Translations under genes and position numbers: made by a program
Part shown: one piece after another, positions 1-10,701 of the stretch
Position numbering within the stretch: position 1 is the first letter of the stretch
Layout of the letters: every line of letters starts with the position of its first letter
Source of the DNA: Dimargaris cristalligena
Taxonomy: Eukaryota
Assembly (NCBI GenBank): GCA_003614675.1
Contig: ML002335.1
Span: 1-40,711 of the forward strand
Direction of reading: 5' to 3'
DNA length: 40,711 nucleotides
The notes under the pieces: generated by a model
The model's input: the letters and a program-made list of their open reading frames with translations, nothing else
The model's database searches: none
What the model was told of the DNA's origin: nothing

Positions 1-1819
1 CGGTTAGAGCAATCGTCACATAGCCGACCGGACCCGGCCGGATTAACGCACAGCAAACATCTTCTCTGGGGTGGATATTCCGGCAAGGTATCATTCACCA
101 AAGGACGCGATCCGCCTACCCTCTCGCCGCCCGCCCGCTGGTTCCTCCGTTGGTGACCACGCTGCTCCCGCCACTGCTGGCCCGTGGGGGGATCGTCAAC
201 GATTGGCTCTTCTTCGTCATCATCAGCGTAAAGCGGTGTACTCACATCTGGGTATTGCTCCTCGGGAAACAGCTCCTCCCAAGGATCTCCCGAGTCCGTG
301 TTCATCGAGGAGGTCAAGGGAGACGGCAGGGGGGGGGGATCGACTGACCGGGAATCTGGGACAAGGGATGCCCCCGTTCGGTAGAGAGACCGGGGTGGGG
401 CACTGGGGATAGCGGTCGGTTTAGCATGGCGGCCTCGGTATATTGGGCCTCCGTGGGGGGTAGGTAGCCGAGAGTACAGTGGAGGTTGGTCAGGGCCTGC
501 CAGGCATCGTGTCCCCGGGCCATCAGTTGGCCAACGGCCGCCGAAGTGTGTAAAGGCAGGCCCGATTCACCGTTACTACTATTTGAGCGATTACAGCCCG
601 GCCGCGAGGGTGCCGAGGAAGAAGTATCTTCCTCATCGGCTGGCTCCAATTGGCGCATTGCGTCGGCCTGGTTCTGGAGATTATAGGCCCGTACCGGTCG
701 ACGACTAACCTCGCGGCGGCATTCCGGGCAGGTTAGACTGGTCGGAAACCACGGCTGTAAACATTCCAGGCAAAACGAGTGACCACACTCCAGGGTATAG
801 GGTCGGTTATATACTTCAGTACACACCGAACACACGAGATTTTCCCGCAAATTCGACAGGACGCGGTCGTGCCGCTGGGACTGGGCAACTTGGCGATGGG
901 AGTAGCTGGCATAGAGACGCACGAAATTCAGACACTGAAGAATGGCATCGCCGTGCCGCCGGGCCCGGGCGGGGTCATCGGGGAGGACGGCGATTGAGGC
1001 TGTGTTCATGGCAGAGACCGTGGCTGCGGTTGTGGCGGTGTCAGTGGGAGCCGCCACGGAGATTACGGGGCGGATGACGTGGGTGGCCGAGTGTGTCACC
1101 GAGCAACCCGAGTCAGACCGAGTCACAGCGGGATGCAAAGTCGACCGCCGGGAGTTGGGCAGAGTAAGAGGTAAATTGGGCTTTCCCGAGCTAGCGGGGG
1201 TTGAACACCAGTAGGGTTCCTCGAGGTCCGCCGCTAGGGAGCCGGCCAGAATAGCAGTATGGGTAGGTATAGAGGTATGAGTATGGGCGGGAACAACGGA
1301 AGCCGAATCGGTAGCCCATAACGGTTCGCCGAGCCCACCCAGGGAAGTGGTCGTGGCTCGCCACGGGACCGGCGGAAAAGGGGCTGAATCGGGAGGGACC
1401 CGGCCAGCTTCTAAACCAGCGGGAATCCGGGCCGGGGGCGGCCAACGGCCGTTGGTCCCGCTCATACTATGACTTTTGACCCGGAGACGATAGCTGCGGG
1501 CAGGATCGCCCCCTTCTCCATCTCGACTGTTGCCATTAGTATGGGTAGTAGGCACCGACGGCCTCGCCTCCCTTTCGGTAGGAAGACCGTGCAGTCTAGG
1601 GTCCTCCGGGGGTATAGGCATACTAGGCCGTTGACCCGGGGCAAGTTCGTGAGCCCATTCGACGCCTAGTGATAGGAGGGGTTCGGTGGAATTGTTGGGT
1701 GGTATCGACCGGATGTATGTAATAGTGGGTAGTGAAGGGGAATGGACTCGGCGGGGGGCGGGAGGGTTTGTTGTTTCGGGATCAAGTACAGCCCGGTACG
1801 GCGGCGCAGCTGGGGCCAT
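1..1819 (-). CDS. C3HC4 RING-finger E3 ubiquitin ligase, Psh1-like architecture; 3'-partial (continues past the window start)
   Basis: ORF 1819..314 has CSVC-x11-CGHSFCLEC-x10-CPEC after a long Pro/Ser/Thr-rich N-terminus. Beyond the G10 run at 329-338, another minus frame is open to base 1 and encodes GDPWEELFPEE, DDDEEE and CLLC-x9-CDDC, so the stop at 314 is probably not the true end. Confidence 0.8.
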
Positions 1820-2112
1820 GCCAAAAGAAAGGGTATAAATATATAGGCAATAGAAAAGGGGAGAGAGAGATAGCGCACAGCAATACGCCGCAGAAGAAGA
1901 TTAAAGCACGGAAAGGGTTTAGGGAAGCCGAGCGACGTAGGGTAATGAGAAAATAACACAGGCCAGGAAGAGGGAATGCTAAATATAGGGGAGGGATTGC
2001 TGGGTTTGGGAAACACTGCTGGCCAAGGGGTTTACAGAAGGTAAGCTGCGAATACTAGAAGTTTTGGAAAGTTGCTTACTAGCAGGTAGGGCGGGCGCTA
2101 CTGATATTTATA

Positions 2113-2140
2113 TTATATATATATATATACATATATATAT
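2113..2140. repeat. (TA)n microsatellite, one interruption
   Basis: tatatatatatatatacatatatatat read directly. Confidence 0.85.
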
Positions 2141-3815
2141 TCTTGAGGCTGTGGGAACACCCGATACGAGGCGAGTGTAATGCTTGTTTTTATTTAATGG
2201 TCCTTTACTATCTGGTAGACAAATGAGGCAGTCTCACTCTGTTTAATCAGGGGGTTGGAAGAAGGTCTCCCATTCAGACCATTCGAGGCTGCAGCAATGA
2301 ATATGAACACGCCACGGCAACAAAGGGGGGGAAGTTGGCAGATCCAAAATGGACCACTGTTGTGGAACTAAGCCAGTCCGAATTCCGGATAAAGAAGGCC
2401 CATTACCAGGGGAGGCGAAGGATCAACTAAATATCTAGTAAAAATACAGGCCGTGCCGATATAGACCGTGAAAAGCAATGGCTAAGGGGTTCAATACAAC
2501 GCAGGATCACCAAGTAGCAACCATTCTACAGATTAAGGCAACGGGTGGTCTAAGCCATGCCGGGCTCTACGCCAGCGAAATCCGGCTTAGGCGCCGATAG
2601 GGAAGGCTTGGCTTTCACTACCTAACGAGCCACAATGGTCCCGCTAGGTGCTTACGCATTCAGGAGCGAAGGCACAGGCGGGAGTCCCCACCACCACAGT
2701 AGCGCAGCCGCCGCTCGGCGATGCAGGGGAATGGTGGAACTACGAGGTGGCCGGATCAGTTCAAATTGATACTCCCTAGCGCAGTGCCCGTTCGGTGGCC
2801 ATCGCCAATAGTGGGCCGTATTTCAGCGCCTGTCCCGGATTCCACCATGGGTATTCATACCCCGCTGGAAACCGGCAACACTTCGAGCGGGAAACGACAC
2901 TCGCCTAATTTACTACATCTCTTTGGGTATCAATATCTATAAATAATACACCTACCATGCTACCCATCCCAGTTGAACTATTGTATCCCTCATACCATTG
3001 TCCATTTACTAGCCCCGCACTCCCTACGACACTCCTCAGCCCCAAGCTCTACGCAGAGCTGCCTTGGTTTACTGCTCCCCCCTGGCCCGCTCCCCTTGAT
3101 TATCCTGCGGGCTTGCTGACTGGTCCGGGCTCCCATACCTTGACCATAATATACAGCGAAGAGCCACCAGCATACTACGCCGAGCTTTTACTACTAATTG
3201 GGTCTTCGCGAAGGCATTGGTTTAATAGCACCTTTATATATTCAGTATGTATTGCCAGCCTATCTTTCAATATTCTCTATTACCAGCCTTAATAAAATAA
3301 ATAAAAAACCGAAATGACTACCGCTAATGGAAGTCCAACTTTGCCCGTGCTAGGTCGATGCAGTGATTTCAATTTAAAATTGCTCTCCAGAAACATGCGA
3401 TCCGAGTTTCCGTGGTATCGGTTTACATTATTGCATCGCCAATGATCGCTGCTTCTTGATCAACTCCCATTTTCGATACGCCTGGCGTAGTTTCCGCTCT
3501 TCACTTGATCACTACCGCAACCGGCCTTTCCCATTTAGGCAACCCCCCACCAACCCAACCAATTTAAGCGGGACTCATTCAGCCAGTTTGTGCCTTTAGT
3601 TACAATCGACGGTCTTTAGGGCTCGCTACATATCCCACATTCTAGGATGCCGACATGTTCTCCCTGAATCGGACGTCTCGTATAGCTAAGGGCCATCCGC
3701 CTTAATTGTTAAGTATATGGTTCAGTTCTTGGTTGTCTGCATTACGCGCCCACTTGGGGTCCTGGAATACCGAGCGTGACCAAAAATACAGCCACATAAC
3801 AGGTATGTTCTGCTT

Positions 3816-4913
3816 TTATTCCGTGGTTAGCACGAGCTTAATTTTGGCCTCTTTGAAACCTTGATCGTGTTCATTCAAGAACGCCTGAGTTTCCTGCAAT
3901 GCCTGTATACTGCACGGCCGGCCCCCTACCAAGTCAATTCGCGTGAAATGCGGTATCTCCCACTTCCCCTCCACCTCACCCAACAGTTCCGGCCATGCCG
4001 CACATTGGAATTGGTCTGGCTCCATAAAATCAAAGAACAATTTTGTGTGCACCTGCCGTTGGACCGGGTCCCAGCCCAGCAACCAAATTTGCGTCCAAAA
4101 CGGATCCTTGTTGCGATCGAATAGGTACTTTAGCCGGGTTTTCACATCCGTCCGCTTTTGTTCATTATACTGTAGTTTTGGATCGGTCAGTACGAAGTTT
4201 TCGTGATGGTAGATTTCCCGCCGGTAGACCTGGATACGGCGGCGATATTCCGCCTGACTCCCCACTCCGGGCCGGGTTAATAGATCGGCTAGGGTGGGCG
4301 TCAGCGGTTCTTGGCCCAAAGTGGCCATGTCGCGGATAATTTGGGCACGGTCCGTGCATAATTTTAGCAGTACTTTCAGCGGATTTTGGTTCCATGGACT
4401 CGGCCGCGGTTGGTTGGGTGGCGCCGGGGCTGATGAGGTGGCTGGCAATGGGTTGGCCAGGGCTATCCGCTCGGCCGACTGGGTGACCGGGGGCTTCCAT
4501 TGGAATGGGGTTGATAGTGGTGCGACGGGGTCTACTGAGAGTTTCCGTTTCTTGTTTACCTTCAGCGGGAATGATGCTTTAGGGGTCAGTTCCAGCACAG
4601 TGGTGGACTCGAGTGCCTCCGGTATGATTCCGGGTGCGGATGGTAATAACGGAGGTGACACTACAGGCAAGCCCCCGTCGAGAAAAAGGGACAATGCGGG
4701 AAAGGCTGGGTTATTTAAGTCCTCCGGAAGCTGGGGCCAGTCGGTGGGCTTAAATCTGGCCCAAATGGCATCGAATTGGACATCGAGGAATTCATTACCA
4801 TCCCCACTAGAAGTTCCACTGGACATGGTCATCCCTGAGGGGGAAACGTGACCTTGGGAGTTGATGGGCGGTAATAAATCATCCAGCCATGAGGGGGACT
4901 CTAAATCTAGCAT
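3816..4913 (-). CDS. Hypothetical protein (orphan; acidic/Pro-rich N-terminus, basic NLS-like KVNKKRKLS, globular C-terminal region)
   Basis: Part of a 429-codon open frame (3816..5105). The ATG at 4913 (MLDLESPSW) is the likely start, but this is uncertain. No family recognised. Confidence 0.6.
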   Translation of the reverse strand: MLDLESPSWLDDLLPPINSQGHVSPSGMTMSSGTSSGDGNEFLDVQFDAIWARFKPTDWPQLPEDLNNPAFPALSLFLDGGLPVVSPPLLPSAPGIIPEALESTTVLELTPKASFPLKVNKKRKLSVDPVAPLSTPFQWKPPVTQSAERIALANPLPATSSAPAPPNQPRPSPWNQNPLKVLLKLCTDRAQIIRDMATLGQEPLTPTLADLLTRPGVGSQAEYRRRIQVYRREIYHHENFVLTDPKLQYNEQKRTDVKTRLKYLFDRNKDPFWTQIWLLGWDPVQRQVHTKLFFDFMEPDQFQCAAWPELLGEVEGKWEIPHFTRIDLVGGRPCSIQALQETQAFLNEHDQGFKEAKIKLVLTTE

Positions 4914-6307
4914 AGGTTGGCTATAAGTGGGCTGCTCGGGTTCCGCTGGATTGGGACGGCCCAGAGACGGATTAATTTGGCTTATCTGTACAGTCGGCGT
5001 GCCTTCTCCCCAATCCAGCCGATTGGCAATTAATGTGGACAGCAGACATAGTCCCGACCGGAAGGGGTATCTGAAACGATGAAAAGCGACCATGACTTCG
5101 ACCAATTATGGGCGTTTGGTGAGTCGTCGAACAATGTGGCAAAAAAAACCCCGGCAACGGCGAAGGCGACGAGTAAACAATATTTAAAAAAATGCAATCG
5201 ACAACAATAATAGGGAGGAATCCTCGAGACTTACTAAATAGCAATTAATGGGTAGGGTACGTATTTTTTTATGGGAGGAGGGGGGAAGTGCCGTTTTTAT
5301 AGAGGGTACATAACCGGAGAGTGTCTGGGGCAGAGGTAGGAATATCGGGGGATATCCAGGTAACACTATACATTTAGGGTACCTTTCCTCAAATTCGGTA
5401 TAGGCCAGGTTTCCAAATTAAGCCATTGGTCATACACCACAGCTATGAGGCCAATAATATGTAGTTTTATTTGCCAATTAGGTAGCCCAGTAATACCTTG
5501 GCAGGGGGTGTGATATATATATATAATTGGGTTGCCCTTTCTAAGCCGGGCCATTCCCATGGTCCCCTTCATGACATACCCATACGGGGCTTACACACCC
5601 AACACTCGCCCTGCCCATGAAATATATAGCCTACAGTGCTCGCTTCCGATCAACTTCCATTAGGTTACACGACTTGCTAGCGGTCGAATGAGAGCTTCCA
5701 ATGAAGGGGAGACAGTATCATCCATTTAAGCCAGGGTGTTAGAGGAGAGGTCAACTCTGTACTATTACAGGCCGCCTACCTTTTCCTATTCCATAAAGTC
5801 CCTCTAGTTTTATAAGCGGACCTGGTAATGTTTCGCCACAGACTCCGGCCATCGGGTAGGTTAGGTGACAACTAGTCACACATTAGGTATTATTATTGGA
5901 TGAAACGCCCGGTTGCATCCCGCATTCGAGGAGTAATCGGTCGAAAATATATTTATTAAAAAGACGGAAGTAGTGTATATAAAGAAAGAGAAAGAGAGAG
6001 AAGGTTTGAATAAATACAATACCAGTCAGTGTCAGCATACGGGGAATATTGGCAGTGAAATGATGATATATAACTGGATCTAGGTGAAAACATACTTTAA
6101 AAGAAGGTAATATGAAACAAGAAGGATACGGAAATTTGAATGAGTGTCAAGGATAGAAAGTATTTTTTTTGTCTAAATAAAATATAAATAAAAAATACGG
6201 GTCACAAGGGTAAGTGAACGAACATGTCAAACCACAGAAAAACGGGGACCTGGTGATACATTTGGAAAGCAAAACAGCACGCCTATTCCTTTTTACTTTG
6301 TAATAGA

Positions 6308-7964
6308 TTAGAAGTACTTCTTTTCGGCGGCTGACCGCTTCTTGTAGAATGAGTAGAAGACCAGGATCAGGGCCTGGGCCGCCACGACCAGTCCGATGAG
6401 GGTGAAGGGCGACATGTGGTGCCCGGCGTGCGGCGGGGGATGCGCCCCGATGGGAGGGCTCGCATGGTCGAAGTGTGCGCCCTGGGCCGTTTCCAGGAAA
6501 TGTTGGATTTCGTCCAACTTATGCAGCACACTCTGCAGCGACTGTTCCCCACCAGTAGTACCACTGCCGTAACTGACGTCCCCGGGCGAACGGTGGGCCA
6601 CCTGGTCAACCACCGACTTGATGGATACCAACTCCCGGCCCAATTTCCGGATATCCTCACGCAGCTCCATACCGCCGTCGCCGTGGACTGCACCGCCCGC
6701 CCCGGTGATATGGTCAGGTATTTTGCCGTGCAGGCCGGCGAGGTCCAATTTGGAATGCAGGCCATTGATGGCCTCGAGGATGTGCTCCTGGGTCATTTCG
6801 AACTGGTGCAAATCGTGGGCGTCGGTCTCGCCACCACCAAACTGGTCCGCTTCAATATGTTCCCCTTCATGGTGGTGGAAATCGTCCATCTTGTGCTGGA
6901 TATCGTTATAATGGGCCTTCATTTTGTCGTCCATGTGGTGGCCGCTGGCGGCGTCGGATTGTTGGGTAATCTTGGGCGCTGGGTTGAGCTCGAACAGGTC
7001 AAAGGAATTGACGTCGTGGTCGTCGGGTTGCGGACCCGAAGCGGCCGTGAAACCAAAGTAGTAGTTAGGGGGGAGGTCCACGCCGTCCTTTTCGAAACAC
7101 TCGATCATCTTTTCGCCATTGGACGTGGTGTCGAGGGAGAACTAATAGGGAGGGGAACGATGTATCCATAGAAGTGGGGGGAGGGAATTAGCCACAGCGA
7201 TAAATGATGAGGAAGGGGTTAGATTGAGTATTGCGGATTTTTCAACGGAAAAGGCTGAGAGGCGACCGGAAATAAGGACGGTTAATCCAGAGAGTCACTC
7301 GTCTCCTTTAACACCATATGCCCAGAGATTAGAATTGCCAACTTACGGTCAGCTTGCGGTTTTGGTAAGTGACCCGACCGTGGACCAAGTGAGTGGTGCG
7401 CCGCACATCCCGGAAACAGGAACCGATCATATGATCGCTCAAGTTGTTAGTCTCATGCAGTTTGGTATGCCCGTCGTTCAAGTAAGCCATAACGAACGGA
7501 CTGCTCTTCTTTTCGTTTTCGTCGTACGTGTGGAAAATGATGCCTAAACCCTGGAACGGATCTTCATTGCCGTACGTAGGGCCGGACTGACCCCGGTGGG
7601 CGGTATACCAAAAGGCCATGCCATCGGACCCCGCCTCACCGGGACCGGAAATATGGAGGGTAAAATGGGCCTCCCACTCCCGGTGGGGGTTGCTAATGGT
7701 GGACCAAATGGACCCCTGGTGGTTCGGTAAGTTACGGGAGAGGCGGACGAAATAATCCGTGACGGTGGCGTCCTCGTGCGTCTCCCAGTAAGGCACTTCG
7801 TCGTTGATTTTGAACGGGCGCTTGAAGCCCATTCTGAAGTCATGGCGCTTCGGTGCGTGGGCCACGTGCATGTTGGCCGTGGCGGTGGGCAAGAGGCCGG
7901 CGGCCAACAAAAGGGTGCCGAGGAACTGGAGTTCTCCCACAGTGTATTGTTTGCGAGCCATCAT
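6308..7964 (-). CDS. EMP47: L-type lectin cargo receptor, ERGIC-53/VIP36/Emp47 family; exons 7964-7347 and 7141-6308 (about 483 aa)
   Basis: Signal peptide; lectin motifs GSIWS, SDGMAFWY, GLGIIF and YFGFTAASG..DDHDV; coiled-coil stalk; C-terminal TM helix; KKYF tail (ERGIC-53 ends KKFF). The GTAAGT...TAG intron at 7346-7142 joins KLT|FSLD in frame. Confidence 0.9.
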
Positions 7965-8062
7965 GGTATGTAAAAAAGAGATATGCGGATGTATCTAAAT
8001 GTGTGTGCGTGTGTACAATGTACTGTGTGATATGAATAAGGAGGCTGAGGGAGGAGTGTGAA

Positions 8063-8134
8063 GTGTGAAATGAGAGTTATATAGGAGGAGAAGGTGTGAA
8101 ATGAGAGTTATATAGGAGGAGAAGATGTGAAATG
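8063..8134. repeat. 31-bp tandem duplication (about 2.3 copies) upstream of the lectin gene
   Basis: gtgtgaaatgagagttatataggaggagaag at 8063 and 8094, with a partial third copy. Confidence 0.9.
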
Positions 8135-10701
8135 GTACAGAAATATTGGGCTATGCGGGAAATGCCGGCCACAATAGTAATGGGACAGTGGTTAAATAAT
8201 GGGAAACGGAGAATAGAACAGTGTGATAATGACACGATGAAGGTCGCTAAATAGGGCGGGAACGGCTCTTATTATAAAGGAATTACACGGCAACCGAATA
8301 TCGGGTGGTCTATTGGCACCTCTCCTCCCCCATTTCCACCCTATGGCCTGGTGCACCAGGAGCAAGGCGGGAGAAGAGCGAGAGAATAGGAGCAACCATA
8401 GGTGACACAAGCCCCGAAGATGGTAGCGCGGGGGAGGCCGCTCTTCACAGTGACCCGCGACAAGTGAAGGAGCGGAAAATGAACCACCGAGTCGAGGAGA
8501 GAGAGAGAAAAGGAGAACGATGGAAGAGAAGCCTAATAATGTGAATGATTACCGGGCTGAACCAAGGGACAACTCGCGAAATAAAAGGGAGTGCGAACGG
8601 CGGGCCAACGAGGTAGCAGGGATGGGCCGATGAATACAATCAGGGCCCCTGAAATAATTGGGCGGCAATCGCAGGGAGAGGCGACCAATATATTACGAGG
8701 GAGAGACGAAAGGTGCTTAGTTTTATATATAAAAAAGTGTGCGCGGGCCTTTGCATATGGCACACCCCGTCGCCCTAGTTGTGTTCTTTAAACGGGCTTC
8801 TCTTTGCACCGTCACTCCCACCAAACTATTTGCATACTCCTCTGTAACCCTCGGGTGTCGGGTTGGCTTTTGATGGCCATGTCTATGGAAATAACAGTAG
8901 GTCCGACAGCCCAGGAATACGGCCTACAAAAACCACATCTAGGAAATAGCATACCGCTGTGAAACCGATGGGGAGTAATTGTATAATAGAGATAAAGCTA
9001 GGGTAGCCAAATAAGAGAGAGTAGCAGCTGGACGGTATTTTGGTCAATGGAGACAATAGCGTATTCGCTCTCCCTTTCATCAATAAGATTAACCATTCCA
9101 AGAACAGTTAAATCGCCCTCTCTTTGCGACGGGTACAAAGAGACAGTGTGGGGAATAGGGAGGGGGAGGCAGCCGATATACTTGACGTTTTAGCAATGCT
9201 GCTTCGCCTTGTATCTCCAATAGCCACTTCCTCGATCATTAGGCAGGGCCAGTCTATACGATCGGTGTATTTTACGAGGTCCTCCTGCTAAATAGCCCAT
9301 GCGTTCATTAACCTCATCGAATTAGGCGGAACCGGAAAGAGGTAACAAGGGTAAACTCCTCGAAATCCCCCCCTCACCCCGTCTTAATAGCCGTCTATAC
9401 ACAATTTCAATAATCGACTTGTTAAATAAGGGATTTTACATACCGCTTAGTGATCTCCGTTCGGTTAAAGTGAACTAGACGGGGCCTTCACCTCTGTTTC
9501 ACCAGAGAGTGGGACATGTACCACTTAGATGGGTGGGTGGGATACGCCGCCAGTGAGAGCGCACGGGAGGGCTGCTTTACCACGTCGCCACAGTATATTC
9601 GCTGAAGAATAGCACACACTGAGCAAGGTGAAAAGGAAATATTCAAGGACTCCCCTTAAACAAAGCAATCCGCCCGGATAATAATGGCTGGAATCGCCAC
9701 CGACAAAGCCGAAGATCATTGATGGGATTGTAGCGTAGTTGGGCCAGCGGGAAGGTGGGGAGATGAGGGGGGGGGGGGTATAGGCGTATCGTAGAGGACA
9801 ACCATCCTTGACGGCATTGGATTACCTCTGCCCTAACCCCCCCCCCCCCCCCCCAAGCTATTAATAACTGAACAGAAAAGGATAGGAAGGGGGGACTATT
9901 GGGACTTGTACGCCGGGATGATTAGGGGAGAGGGGCTTACCTATTGCTTTACACTCTTGAGAATTGTATTTAGGAAAGACTCGACTATAAGAAGAGGTGA
10001 TATCTCGGTCCTTTTTGACTTGTAAATCACTATGTTTCGAGTATGACATTTAATGGCCCTGGACTGAACTTTGTATCATTTTAACGACGGTGGGTAGGCC
10101 GCCTAATCTATTAATGGAGTTTAGCCTTGGAGCGGGCATCCGGTGCCATGGCCAGGTTGGCCCTGCCATTCTCAACGGTTCAGAGCTTGTATCTGTATTC
10201 GACTACGTCAAACCATTCTTCCCCTTTAACTTAGTTATTCTATTTGCACCATTCGTCAGCCGGGCGTTTAACCTGCACCAGCTTACCGCATGATCAAAGT
10301 GACTCTAGCCCACTGAAGCCAGTTGAACCGATATGGCAGCGACTCCACTGGATATTTCATGTCAGTTAAGTTGACTCTCTCATCGAATAATAATACCGAC
10401 CTAAGCTTTAGATATATTATTTCATACTGAGCTTCGCCACGGCTAGCCTAGTTGTAAGAGCAGGGTCGGCCCGTCGCTACTAATCCAATTTCTGCCCCAT
10501 ATACCAGCCGTCTTATCGAGACCAGCCTGCTATAAAACACCTCCCCCAGGCCCCGTACCCCACTGGAATACGATTGAATCCGGACTGGTCACAGCTTCAT
10601 TGAACCTAGTATTTACGTACCCACGATACCTAGCCTCTTTCCGCCCCACCCCTCCCTCTGCCAACCTCACCAATACCACCACCAACAGCAGCGCAGCCGT
10701 T

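Noticed and set aside
2500..2910. GC-rich non-coding stretch with small hairpins (possible RNase P/MRP/SRP RNA)
   Set aside because: I could not find the diagnostic conserved motifs; an Infernal/Rfam scan would be needed.
3451..5661. Similar 20-mers (gcttcttgatcaactcccatt and gcttccgatcaacttccatt) flanking the orphan gene
   Set aside because: Too short and imperfect to call LTRs or a TSD.
6416..7171. 251-aa plus-strand ORF and similar overlapping ORFs (4294-4851, 27800-28349, 30840-31792)
   Set aside because: Antisense or alternative-frame shadows of real exons.
10600..10701. N-terminal extension of the NmrA-like ORF
   Set aside because: TTG start with a C-rich leader; not a eukaryotic initiation site.
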